Positions 13,375-26,233 of a stretch of DNA of 64,000 bases are shown piece after piece. Source of the DNA: Geosiphon pyriformis uo1. Lineage: Eukaryota > Fungi > Glomeromycota. The notes beneath the pieces are model-generated. The model worked only from the letters and a program-made list of their open reading frames with translations, ran no database searches and was not told the DNA's origin. Location of the stretch: contig JAAOMT010000502.1 in the NCBI GenBank assembly GCA_016748015.1, forward strand, positions 558,001-622,000. Direction: 5' to 3'. Each line of letters starts with the position of its first letter. Position 1 is the first letter of the stretch. Position numbers and translations under genes: made by a program.

Positions 13375-14031
13375 ATGGAGATTACTGATAACATCCACTT
13401 ACTAGCACAACAACCATTTCAACTGATTCAACAACAGAATATAGAAATTACTATCAATCAACAAACCATTCGATACTGAGATACCAGAAAGATACCCAAA
13501 TACAAAAGTAAAAAGAAAACAGAAAACACCATCAACAAAATGGTTCTAAAAATAAAATTAGCAATTGTGAAACCAACAAGTATCACCACATATCAAGAGT
13601 TGACCAAAAAAACATGGAAATAGTGGATACACAAATTTCCAAAAAACTTCTGTTACTTTCACTTGGGATGACACTTGAATATTCAGAACTTATATATGGA
13701 TAAAACAAAACAATTATTCAATACAGCAATACTACAACAACTAGAACAATTTGTGGAAAAGAACAATTTGACCACACAAGCAAGAGCTATCTATCAGCTA
13801 CATATGGGATTTCAAGACAGACCAGAAATCTTACTTAATCCAGAATTGGACTCCATTACAATTAACCAAATGGGAAAAATAACCAACACCCAATTTGAAG
13901 AATTGCAGAACCAGATAACTCAAATAATTCTTGAAAGAGAAGTTCAAGAAATACTTAATAACAAAGAATTAAAGTTAGGAGATTTAGGAGATTTGGGAGA
14001 TTTGGGAGATTTCAATAGAGCTCAATATTAA
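13375..14031 (+). pseudogene. ORF3 of A (unknown function, not env-like)
   Basis: ~220 codons between IN and PPT; homologous in B and E; no transmembrane stretch. Confidence 0.75.
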
Positions 14032-14045
14032 AAAAGAGGGAATAA

Positions 14046-14918
14046 TATTACTCATAGAATATAGGAAATATATTAGCACATGAAATAGCCAATTAGAGGT
14101 AGCTGTAGTAAATGTGGAATTCCAGGATTCCTCTCAAGAAAAATTACAGGATTCCAAGAATTTCAGGATTCTCTATGCAAGGAATCGCAGGATTTCAGAA
14201 TTTCAGAATTCCTCTTAAAAGGAATTGCAGGATTCCAGGAATCCCAGAATTCCTGAGGTAAAGAATCAAGGAATTGAGGAATCTCAATTATGTATATATA
14301 ACAGTAGTGTTAGAAGTAGAAAAGACAGAATTCTTAGTTAGAAAATTTCTCCGTTTAGATTTTATTTAAGCAACTTTCCAAAGCACAAATATCAATAAAT
14401 AATTATTCACTATCTTAACTCACTCTTTACTATCAACATAAAATGTTGATAGTAATTAATACTTAATCACACTGGAACAATAGCTCTTGATCATGGCTAT
14501 TGATAGGATACTAATTTGTAATTGCTTTTGTTATTTTTTTTATTTTCTTTTATTTTCTTTAGTTCTGTTGTTATTTCTTTGGTTTTACTAAAATTGATTA
14601 AGGATTAAGCACTGAGATACAAACATCATAGGGACTGGTAAAAGACCCATGCAACAAGGGTAGAACATTCATAGATTTGAGGATAGCTTACTAGGAGGAT
14701 TACTGGCCACCACACTGAGAAAAAAATTTGACGAAACTGTGGTTTTGAGAAGCTACAGATAAAACTATCAATTAAATATCTGTTCATTATACAAAAAACT
14801 CAACTCTAAAACCTTCAGATACAACCAACGTACCAATATCATCAGTCTTGTCAAGATATTAAGCACCAAGTTGCAGATTTGTTATTTGATTTAAGACCCC
14901 AAATAATTATCTGTAACA
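14046..14918 (+). repeat. 3' LTR of A
   Basis: Direct repeat of 4698-5568. Confidence 0.95.
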
Positions 14919-16276
14919 ATGTTTTTATGCTTAGAGCATCTGATCAGAAACAAAAGTAAAAAAAAAAATTAATTTAAGTTGAACATAAAAATTTGTAAAT
15001 CATGTATAAGTAATTTAGTTTTGAATATTTTTTTTATTTAAGATAATATAGAAATAAAATATAGTTAAAATTAATTTAAAAGAAATATAAGATATAAGTA
15101 AAAGAATATTGGTTTTTTGTCTATTGATCTGTTTTTTCTTTTTTTGCTAAAACTACTTGTTTTTATACATATTTTTTAATTTTACAAGATTATTTTTAAT
15201 TGTTTGTTATTATTAATTATTACTTACTATTACTGTTATTGTTTTATTCTTATATACTATAATTAGTTATCTTATGTTATAACTAGTTATTTTGTGTTAT
15301 TTTATGTTATTATGTATTATTCTAAGTTATTATGTATTATTATGTATTATTTTGTATTATTACGTTTTTTCTATATTATCATATTTTAATTACGTTTTTT
15401 AATAGCTTCTAAATTGGCTTTTCTATTTAGATAATAATAGTTATTATTAATTAGGAAAGATTTAATGTGTGTAGTTAAAACTATAAAGAATTATAATGTT
15501 TAAATATTTAGAGATTGTTTTAAAACACTTCTGTTTATTTTGCTTATAAGAACAATAGCTTATAATCTAAGTAATCTATTAAAAAGAGCTAGTAAAAAAA
15601 CTTGTGTTATTAATTGGTTATTCAAAACTGGTAATAAGATTTATTATGCTGTAATTAATTTCAGATCAGAAAATAATCTGAAATCAGTCTTTTATATAAA
15701 ACCAATCTTTAATAGTGTTAAGCTTTTTTGGACTAAGTTAGATCTGATTAAATGTAAAAAGTATAGATTTTTTGAATATTTTGCTTTAAAGTGTAATACA
15801 ACTAATGTATTTACTTGTTTATTTTCAAAAATTTATAAAAAAGTTATATTAGATAAGTATTATTATTAGTTAACAAAGTTATATACTAAAAAAATATTCT
15901 TATCTTGTGTTTTGCTGTTTTTGGTAACAAATTATAGGCTCAAATAATTTTGTTAGCTTTTGTTTTTGATAATACTTTCTCTGATTTTGGCTCTGGTTTT
16001 TTTTTCTTGTTTTGTATACTGTTAATGTTTTTCTTTTTTTACTTATTAGTATTGTTAGCTAATCAGATTTTTAGTGTTTTGTGCAAAATAAATAATATAA
16101 AATTGGTTTTTTGGCTTTTATTTTTTAACTTTTTGTTTTATCTTCTTTTTCAGTTTTGGATCTTAGTTTAAATTCAAATATAATTATAAACAATTTGCAA
16201 ATTTTGTCTCTATTTCTTTTTTTAATAACAACTAATACTTCAAGTTTGAGTCAGAGCAGTTTTAGAATTTTGATAG

Positions 16277-17252
16277 TGTTATTCATAGAATTTTAGCCAT
16301 TAATTAGCATAAAATTATCTTTATAATTTCTATTATTAATTAGCATATAATAACATTATTTCAATTTATTACTTATTATTAATCAAAAACTATTAAATAT
16401 TACTATTTAATTAATAATCCAATTTGTACAAATAAAAAGTAAAATAATTAGATTATACAATACTCTAAACTATATAATATTCAAAAATTTGCTAAAATAA
16501 TAATTTGTTTACCAAAATAGCTAATAGTTTATAGAAATAACTTGTAATTTGTTAAAATATATTTTTAATTTATCAAAATTATAGCAAAAAAAAAGTTCAA
16601 GTTTATAGATTAGTATTATAATAAATTGTATAAAAAAAAAGCTTTGTTCTTTAAAAAAAAATATTTTACTTTAGAATTTTATCTTATTTTAATTTTATTT
16701 TACTCAAAATTATCTTTTATATATCTGTACAAAGAAAGTAAAAAAAATTAAATACTTTAAAAACTTAATTCCTTAAATTATTATATTTAATAATTTTTAA
16801 AATTTCAATTATTATTTTGAAATTGGTTAACTACTAATTTCAATAATTTATTAATGACTTCAGGCCTAGATAAAAAACAATTCTTTAAACAAAATTTATT
16901 TTTTTTACATTTCTTTTATTTTTCTTTCTTTTTTTTATTATTATTATTAAGATAGTCTACAGATAAAATTTCTGTAAAAAAATTGATTTTTACAGTAAAA
17001 TTATTACATATTTTAGTAAACTTCTAAATAAGTATTTCTTGAAAAAGAGTTAACTTTTAATGTAAAATAATTACATAAAATAACTAACATGAAATTGGTT
17101 TTTCTATTTATAAGTCTAGCAATTTAAATTATAAAAGATAATTTGAAGATAAATTCAGTTATTAGAAATTTACTAATTTCTAATAATTGTAAATTAACAA
17201 CAAACTAATATTAACAACATTCAAGAAAAAAACTCAAAACTCTCTGATAACA
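16277..17252 (+). repeat. Solo LTR of family F inserted in the LINE
   Basis: tgtta...taaca ends; collinear with 41427-42420; TSD ATAG/ATGG (one transition). Confidence 0.85.
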
Positions 17253-20200
17253 ATGGTCAAAGTAGATAGTCTAAAATCAAAATTGATTACAATCAATAAT
17301 ATAATTGTCTTGGTTTTGGCTAAATTGAATTAGATGTATCTTGGTTTGATTTCTTTGACAATTTTTTTTTCTCAATAACCAATTTTATTTAAAAATTTGT
17401 AATGTGCAATATTAGCAAATTAAACAATAAAACTAAACAGAAAAATATTGTTAGATGGCATAAAAAGTTTGGCAATTTGGTTTCTATAGTTACCAAAACT
17501 AAATTAAAATGACAGTCTAAATTTTGAATCAAGAACAAGTTTTCAGGTTTGAAGATTTTTGTTTTTGGTTATCTGAATTTAAGAGTGGCTATAGTGATGA
17601 ATGATAATTTTATTTGGTATATATATAAGATATTTAAGGTCTTAAGTTGTTTTTTCTTAATTTGTTTGTTGTTTAACAATAAGCTTTTAGTAATAATATT
17701 GGGTTTTTATGCTAGAACTTTGGCTGATATGCAGTTTAATCAGATCTTTAATGTAAATTTTTGTATTATAAAGGTAGTTAACTTGAGTTTTTATGTAATA
17801 TTAGAAGATAATTTCAATAAAAATAGTGTAAAACAAAGTTTAAGTTTTAAAAAATGTCTTGATTTGAATTTGCACAACTCTTTGTTAAGTAATTTAGCTG
17901 CTAATTTTTCAATATAGAACAATTTAAAAAGTGCGAAAAAAACTATTAATTACATTTTTGTTAATAAGTATATGTTAACAGTTAAACAAAAAGTTGATGG
18001 AGTTTCTGATTTCTTTAATATTGATTATTCGACTGTTATGGTTTTTTTGACTTGAAAAGTCTTCTAAATAAGCATTTAAATGCTGTTTAGAGACATGCTA
18101 ACAAGAATTAATAGAAGTTTAGCTTTAAAAATATAGATAATTAAAAATAAATTCAATTTAAAGATTGCTTTTTAGAAAAGATGCTTTGTGTATATACTAG
18201 CTTTCAAAATACAAAAAAACATAATAATTTGAATACAATATAGAATATTTTGAAGGTGGTAATAATTAAGTTAGCAAACAAAGTTTTTTTTAAAAAATGG
18301 TTCAAAAATTTCGATAATTTTAAAAATGAACAGTCTTTTAGATTCTACAAATTGGAGATTTTATTCTTAAAAGTTATTAAGGCTTTTTTTTTAAGTAATA
18401 CTATCAAATTTGATTGTTTTAGATAAGTTTGGTTAAAGTTAAATGCTGGTAATTTCATTGGTTTGTTTAATATAATCAAAAATAAAGCAAAAAGTTAAAA
18501 AATCTTTATTTATTTATTAAAAGTCAAGAAGAAGAATTAAGTATCTAAGTACCAGAAATTTGAAGTAATAAAAATAGCTGTAATTAGAAATATAATTAAT
18601 AAGAGAATAAAAAATTTTTGTACAAACAATAATTGAAATGTTTTAGAAAAACTTTTTTAGAAAGTGGTTTTAAATTGTTTAATGATTGGCAAATATCTAG
18701 TTTTAGCATTCAAGATAGTAAAAAACAAAGTAGACAAGATAATAAAAGATTAAACTAAGAAGAAAAAAATTCTTAAAATGATATCAAATTTTTGGTTTTA
18801 GTAGTACATATCTTTAAATATAAATTATAATTAAGAAATTAATAATTGAAAATTTAATATAAAAATTTTAATTACTAATATTAAACTTCAAATTACAAAT
18901 TTAAAGCATTGTAAAAACAATATTTAGTCCTTTAATATTATTTTTAGCACATTATTTACAATTTTAACAACTTATATATATATTTTATTCTTAATTATAA
19001 TTATAAATTGCTTATTAATTATAGTTATAAAGATTATTATTGCTATTATAACAAATATTTTATCAATAATTTTAGTTTAAATATCAAATAAAATTTAAAA
19101 CCAAGAATTATTTATTAATTAATTTTCAATTTTACTAACTAACAACAAAAAAAGTATTTCAAAAATTCGAAAAACATGTAATTACACTTTTTAAATTCTT
19201 TAAACTATTTAAGTTTTCTTATTATAACAAAAAATCTGTAAATTAACAACAATTTAAAACTTAATATTATTATTATTATTATTAAAGACAATATTTTTAT
19301 TGTTTTTTTTTAAATCTGAAAATGAAACTAATAAATTACTATTTAATGAAGCTGTTTTAAATTTATTTTTAATAATAATTTAATAAATAATATTATTATA
19401 AGACAACTTATAAACTAATTAAGTTGTCAAGTTAATTAAACTATTAATATATGTATTATTATTATTAATAGAGTTATAAAAACTTTAATTGGCAAAATTA
19501 ACAACTTTTTTTTAAACTTAATAGTAATATTATGTTTATTAAAGTATTAATAATAAAAACTACTTAATATTAAGTATTTTTTAATAATAATTAGTTATTT
19601 AAAACCAAATATTATTGTCATTTTTGTGTATTAAAATAATTTAGCAGACCAAAATAACAAAACAAATAGAATAACAAATTATGTTTAACTTATAAAAAAA
19701 TATAAAACAATATTTTTAGTAAAAAAAAAACAGATTAATTATGTTAATATAATTAAATTTATAAAAAACTCATATTATTGTTGTTTATAATTATGTTTTC
19801 TTTTATTTGAAAAATTATTTACATAATAAAAACAAAATTTGACAAATAACTATTACTAAATAAAATAATATTATATTAGAACAAATTTATATAATCAAAA
19901 ATACATCTATTAATAAATCTAAAATAGATATATTATTTAATAACAACTTAATAGAATTTAACAAATATTATTTTTTATTAACATTAACTAAAAAAACAAA
20001 AACAGTAACTAGTTAACATAAATATATAATTCTGTAAATATTGTTAATTTTTTTATCAATCTAAATATTATAATAAATATTATAATAAATATAATTTTAT
20101 TTATAATTTATAATTATAAATTATTTATTTAATTCTTAAAATTAATAAACCAATTAATAAAACTAAAAAAAAAACTGGAATTAAAGCTTAATTTTAATTT

Positions 20201-20833
20201 AAATACTGCTTTTAAAATTAACAAAAATTTAAACTTTGCTTTAAACATTAAAAAATATATTATATTTCTAAATATATTAAAAAAATAGAAATTAAAATAG
20301 TTTAATAATAATAATAAAATCATCATGTTTAAAAAAATTCATAATACTAATACAAATTTTGATTTTAATAATTTTAAAATTTTGTTTTTTTACTAAAATA
20401 AATTTGAAAATAACATTAAAAATTTAATAATAATAATTATAGTACAATTTATATCAAGATTTAATTTTAAAAAAAATATTTAATATAAAAATAACAATTA
20501 ATATAAAATATATAAAAAATATTATTATACTACAAAATAATTCCAAAAAAGTTTATAAAATAGGACAAACTATATTTTTGTTTTTAATTAAAATAGTTTA
20601 ATTAATATTATTGTAAAAAAAATAAATAAATTTGAATTTATTAATAAAATTAATATATTAATAAATATAACAGAGAAAACTAATAATTAAAAAAAATTAT
20701 TTTTATTAATTTTAATGTTTTTATTTTATTATACAATTATTATTTATTAAAAATATTCAGAAAAATTAAAAACCAAGCTTAAATTTTTAAGATTAAATTA
20801 ATAATATATTAAGTTAAATTTATTATTATTATA

Positions 20834-22194
20834 TAACAGAATAAAATCTGAAATAATAAATAGCAAAATTTATAATAATTAAATATTTACAATAAATTAA
20901 TAAAATTTATAATAGATTAGTAAAACCTGTGATAAATTAAATAGATTAAGTAAAATCTGTAATAAATTAAGTAAATTGGGTAAAATCTGTAATTTTTTAA
21001 GAACAACAATCTCTTTTAAAAACAGATATAATTGAAAGTACTGTAAAGTTAACCAAATTAAATGACACAAGTTTGAATAGAAAATTCAAATAAATAATAC
21101 TTTTTAAGAATAAACCTAATTAAAAGTACTATTAAGTTGACCAAATTAAGTAACACAACTTTAAATAAAAAATTCAAACAAGTAATACTGTTATTATTGA
21201 AACAGGTAAACTTAAAAATAAAGATTTTTTTTTATTATATATAATAATTAGTTTTTATTGCAAAAAACTTAAATCTTTCTATAGATGACAAAATTTATTG
21301 AATAATTACTTTTGAAATAAGAATATGATTTTTAATTACTATTGCCCTTGTTTTATAGGTTTTTTACAACTCATTGTATTAATATTAGCCAGAATTTTTA
21401 AAATTTTTAAAACAAATATTGACAATATAATAGATGTTATTACAAAAAAAAACTTACATTAGGCAATATCTATATTAAAAAATTAATAAATAAATACAAT
21501 AAGTGATAAACTTAATTCAAATTTATATTTGTTTTTTAATTTGATTTCCTTTAGGAAAATTGATTTTTTCTGGTAAATTTTTGTTTTAAAGAGATGTTTT
21601 TTCATTAATAGTGCTAATTTTTATAACATTAATAACAAAAATTAGAGATAGTCACTAGTTAATTTGTTTTTTAATATGATATTATTTATTCTATAAATAA
21701 GGATAAAGTTAATACTTTTTAATTTTAATTAAAAATTATTTTTTATTTTATACTCTATTAAAATATCCAAAATATTTTACATATATCAACTTTGAATTTG
21801 AATTTTTGTTTGTATTTTTATTTACAAGTATAATTACTTATTAATAATAATATTATAGTAGTAAAGATAATATACCTTTACTTTTTTTACATATTTTATA
21901 TATTTTATTTCTTACTTGATATGATCATAAAGTTTACAGATTTTTATCCTATTATAAATTTTATCTAATTTATTGTTAGTTTTATCCAATTTATGATAGA
22001 TTTTACCTAATCTATCTAATTTATTACAAGTTTTACTCAATTTACCTAATCTATTGTAGATTTTACCCAATTGATTTAATTTGTTACAAGTTTTATTAAT
22101 TTATCACAGATTTTACTAATTTATTACAAATTTTATATTAGATAGCTGATTATTATAAGTTTTACTATTTGTTATCTTAGATTTTATTCTGTTG
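20834..22194. mobile_element. Non-autonomous TIR DNA transposon (MITE-like, TA target; Tc1/mariner-pogo-like)
   Basis: Imperfect TIR (t/c)aacagaataaaatct(g/a)a(a/g)ataa... at both ends, flanked by TA; inverted subterminal repeats (gtaaaatctgt(g/a)ataaatt); no ORF. Confidence 0.75.
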
Positions 22195-23952
22195 TATTAT
22201 TATTAATATATATATATTAGCAAAAAACCATAAAAACATCTAAATTTTGATCTATAATATTATAAAAAAAATATTAAAATTTTAATAGATATAATATTAA
22301 ATATTTAAACACAAAAATTAAGAAACAATTATTATTAATAATTTTAAATTTTATTTAACTATTTAATTATATTAATATTATGTTATAAATATTACAAAAA
22401 ACAAAAAAATGCTTGTTTTAATTAGAATAATAATAAAAAAATTTAAACTTGAATTAATTTTAACAAATATAAATTAAAATATTGTTTAATTAATATATTA
22501 AAATTTTTGTTAGTAAAAATAAATTTTGAAAAAATTAACATTATTCAATATTAAATTAAAACTGAAAATATTATGTTAATAAAACAACAAATATATTAAA
22601 TATTATTAATTAATTATAAAATTATTTAACAAAAAATCAATTAAATATTAAATAATAAATTGATTTAATTATTAATAAGTTTATAATTAATTGTCTTAAT
22701 ACAAAAAAAGAAGATTTGCTTTTGTATAAATTATTAAAAACTTAATAATTATTTATAATAATAATTACTTAATATTATATATTCAAGAACTGTTTAACTT
22801 ATTTAAAAAAAATATTTTTTAATACTAGAATTAAATAATAAATATTAGCAAATAATAATAAATTTAAATAACAAAAAAAAACTATTATTATTATGGGAAA
22901 AAGAAATTTTAAGTGTAATATTATGTTATTAAAATTAAATAATACATTAATTATTTTTTAATAATTAATAAAAATTGTTTATTTAGATATGTTTTAAAAA
23001 TTAATAGTTGTTTACTTAAATATTATTAATATATTTTTAAAAACATTTAATAAACATTTATACTATTTACAACAAATATTTAAATGGCTTTAATATAATG
23101 AATTAAAATTTAATGCAAATAAATATTTGTGTAAAAAAACAAAGCTCAAATTTTTGAAATATATTATTAAAAAAAATAGTATCAAAATAAATCCAAATAA
23201 AATTGTCAAAGTTAAAAATCTTCCAATATTATAGAATTTAAATAAACTTAAAAGTTTTTTAAAATTAACAAAATATTATTAAAAATTTATATAAATTTTA
23301 AATATTGCTCAATTATTGTATTAATAATAAATAAATTAAAATTTAACAAAAAATATTCAATAGCTTAAAACATAAACTTATTAAAGTTTCAATATTAATT
23401 TATTTAAATTATAACAAATTATTTATTATTATAATTAATATATTAGAAACAATATTAAAAGTTATACTGTTATAATATAAACCAGATAATTAAAAATATT
23501 TAGTAATATATATTAATTAAAGTTTAAGTTTAACCAAAGAAAATTATAAAACTTTAACTTTAAAATATTTAATAATTTATTGAATTGTTATAAAGTAAAA
23601 ATATTTTATTCAACTATTTAAAATTTATATTAATTACAAAAGTTTAATATTACTACAAAAAAAATTAATAAATAATAAATATATTAAATAAAAAGCAGTA
23701 TTATTATAATACAAATACACAATATATTACAAAAAAAAATAAAAATAAAAATATTAATAGCTTATTATAAACAAAACAAACATAAAAAAATACTAATTAT
23801 ATTATTACAAAATTCAAAATAAATAAATAAATTTATTAATAATTATTATATTATCTTAATATTTAACAATTTAAAAAGAAATTATTTTAAAATAAACAAA
23901 ACAAAATACATTATTAATTTAATATTATCTTATTTACCAAAACATATTATAT

Positions 23953-24630
23953 TGTTATGGTTGAAACACATAGTTTTTATTAATTATCACATATATTAGC
24001 CACTAATGTCATATAATTAGCCACCCTATTTTTAGATAGTGATCGTTGACCTGATTAATAACCTGACCATTGACTTGATCATTGACCTGATCATTGACCT
24101 GATTGTTGACTACTTTAGATAGCTATATAAGCGATGATTCCCTTAGCTGTAGAAAGACATGATCAAAGTAACGAAATAAACAATATCAATTACTTCCTCT
24201 CATAATTGCTTATTCCCCTTTCCTTATCTTCAAGTATCTACTTGTTGACATTTACATATCTTATCTTTTCCCCTTCTTGATTTGTATTTGTTAGAATTAG
24301 CCTGAGAAGCAATTGGCTTGTTCTTGTAATTCATTGAATAAAGAAACAATTGAAAAGTACAACGATACCTGTTATTGATTCTAAGAATTGCCGAGTTGAG
24401 GCATAGAATAATAGCAGCAGTGTTATCTTGTTGACAATCACGGACTATTCCTCTACCTTCAGATTTAAAAAAATATTAGCGACTGTGATTTTTATGAGAC
24501 TGATCATGCACATTAAATTCCTACTTATTTAATTTGCTCCCTTATTGTAATTCCTTCTTTGTTTATTTCCATTACCATACAATACTGTTCTCCCTTGCTA
24601 TCCGTTAGCTTGTTACTCCAACCCGTAACA
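23953..24630 (+). repeat. 5' LTR of C
   Basis: Direct repeat of 30945-31586; 12-mer (cattgacctgat) array followed by TATATAA. Confidence 0.95.
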
Positions 24631-24682
24631 TAAAAGTGGTGCTCCCTGTGAAGTTGTCAAAATTTACTTATTCCCTCATTGT

Positions 24683-26233
24683 ATGGGTGATTACTTATAT
24701 CTGCTACAGCAATCAGAAGAACACTTTGTAGTACACAACAAAAACGACCAAAGTTTCATTGAACTTAATCCTCTGCCCTTCTGCTTGATCTGCTTCCCCC
24801 TTGAAGAACAATCCAGTAGACAATTCCAAGACTTTTGGAACTGGTTCCTGAATGAGCATACAGCTGAAACCTACACAGCTTATACAACCTATTACTTTGA
24901 CTAAGCTTATTTTGAAAACGACTTTGAAGAAAGAAACAACAGTATCAATCAGCTCTTATATTCTGCAACCTTTGAACAACAGCCCCTTGATTTCGAATAT
25001 CTGAATCATCAAATCCACATTTGGATTGCTGCCCATCAAGCAACTGAAACTCCCTTTGAAACAGAAGAAGAAAGCTACCAAACTGCCTCTGTTTTTGATC
25101 TTTTATCAAGCAAATCAGACTCGTCTGCACAAACAGTTACCCCTGAACCAATGGCTAATGACCCCATGCAAGCAAACATTCTGGCCGCCCTCCAAGGTAT
25201 ACAAACTGCTCTAGGCTGAAGAAACAACACCCCAATACCATTATTTAGAGGTGATGCACAAGATCCAATTGAATGGTTGGATGACTTTGAAAGAGCTGCT
25301 ACAGCCAATCAATATAATGATGAGTACAAATTCCAAATTGTTGGTGGCTACCTTCAAGGATTCCCTGCTACCTGGTTTTCACAAGAAACAAATGCCAATG
25401 CCCAGCAAAGAATCATTAAATGGACACCAGCAAATGTGGGAGAAATCAACACTTCTTTTACTACCCAGTTTGAAAACAAGTTCAGAACCCCAATATTAAT
25501 ATCAAAATGGTGTATGAAATTGGAAAAAAGAACCCAAGGTCCTGGTGAAGTTGTAACCGAATATGCCAAAGCAATCAGAAAGTTAATCAAACAAGTAGAC
25601 ACTGGAAGAAATTAGACAGAAGAGCAGAAAATTCACTCCTTCACAAAAGGATTGAGAACTGATCTATCGTATGTTCTTTGGCCTCTTCTGGTCCTAAAAG
25701 ATAATCCCACCATGGATATGGCCATTGAATTAGCACAAAAAATTAAAGACAACCAAAGGATGCACTTGGGATCCACACTACCAGTTTTTGCTCCTGTTCC
25801 TGTCATGGCTTCTATCTCTCAAATAGCTGCTATTTCTTTTGCCACTCACACTCAAGATCCAAATGAACAGTTAATAGACAGACTCACAGCAAATCTTGCT
25901 CAGTTATTAGAACCCTTAGCCCAAGCAGTCAGAGAAAATTAGCAACCACAAAGACCCAGATTTGAACCATGCTTCAATTAGCCCCAGCAACTACCTTATC
26001 AAAGACAACAAAATCATGGCCCACCTGTATGCTATCACTGTGGATTAACTGGACATTTTTCAAGAGATTGCAACAATCCTCTACTGCCTCCACCAGTCTC
26101 CAGAAACAATGATGCTCAAAACAACAGGATCAACAACAACAATGTGCCCAACCAAAGACCCAATCATGCCAACATCAATTTCTTTGGAGAGGACCCCCTA
26201 GTTGAAGCCACTGCTTATCAGTCTTTAAACTAG
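24683..26233 (+). pseudogene. gag of C
   Basis: DPIEWLDDFERAA gag core; CYHCGLTGHFSRDC knuckle; ends at the stop directly after TTTAAAC. Confidence 0.9.

Larger units (their letters stand above)
4698..14918 (+). mobile_element. Full-length dUTPase-encoding Ty3/Gypsy LTR retrotransposon A (inactive)
   Basis: LTR pair; TSD ATGT (4694-4697, 14919-14922); PBS 5571-5587; PPT ~14030-14045; domain order PR-RT-RH-IN. Confidence 0.95.
4201..15436 (-). repeat. Solo LTR of family G (4201-4697 + 14923-15436), interrupted by element A
   Basis: Homologous to 2437-3504; TSD ATAG at 4197-4200 and 15437-15440. Confidence 0.85.
3505..18830 (+). mobile_element. Decayed non-LTR (LINE) retrotransposon split by insertions: segments 3505-4200, 15441-16276, 17257-~18830
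   Basis: The reading continues across the insertions (LAL.K*|LLLIRKD; IL|MVKV). Degenerate CX2CX4HX4C knuckle (CKKYRFFEYFALKC, ~15750-15795). APE-endonuclease-like start (FVMCNISKLNNKTKQKNIVRWH...IVTKTKL, ~17395-17510). Confidence 0.75.

Noticed and set aside
15950-16171. Short hydrophobic membrane-protein ORFs (also 3267-3455, 61388-61642, 61702-61971)
   Set aside because: T-rich decayed LINE/LTR sequence or the antisense strand of A-rich retroelement ORFs.
24441-24541. Intron-containing tRNA-Met(CAT) gene on the minus strand of C/D LTRs
   Set aside because: Only the anticodon-arm halves match; there is no D arm, T arm (GTTCRA) or acceptor stem. Treated as primer-complementary boxes instead.
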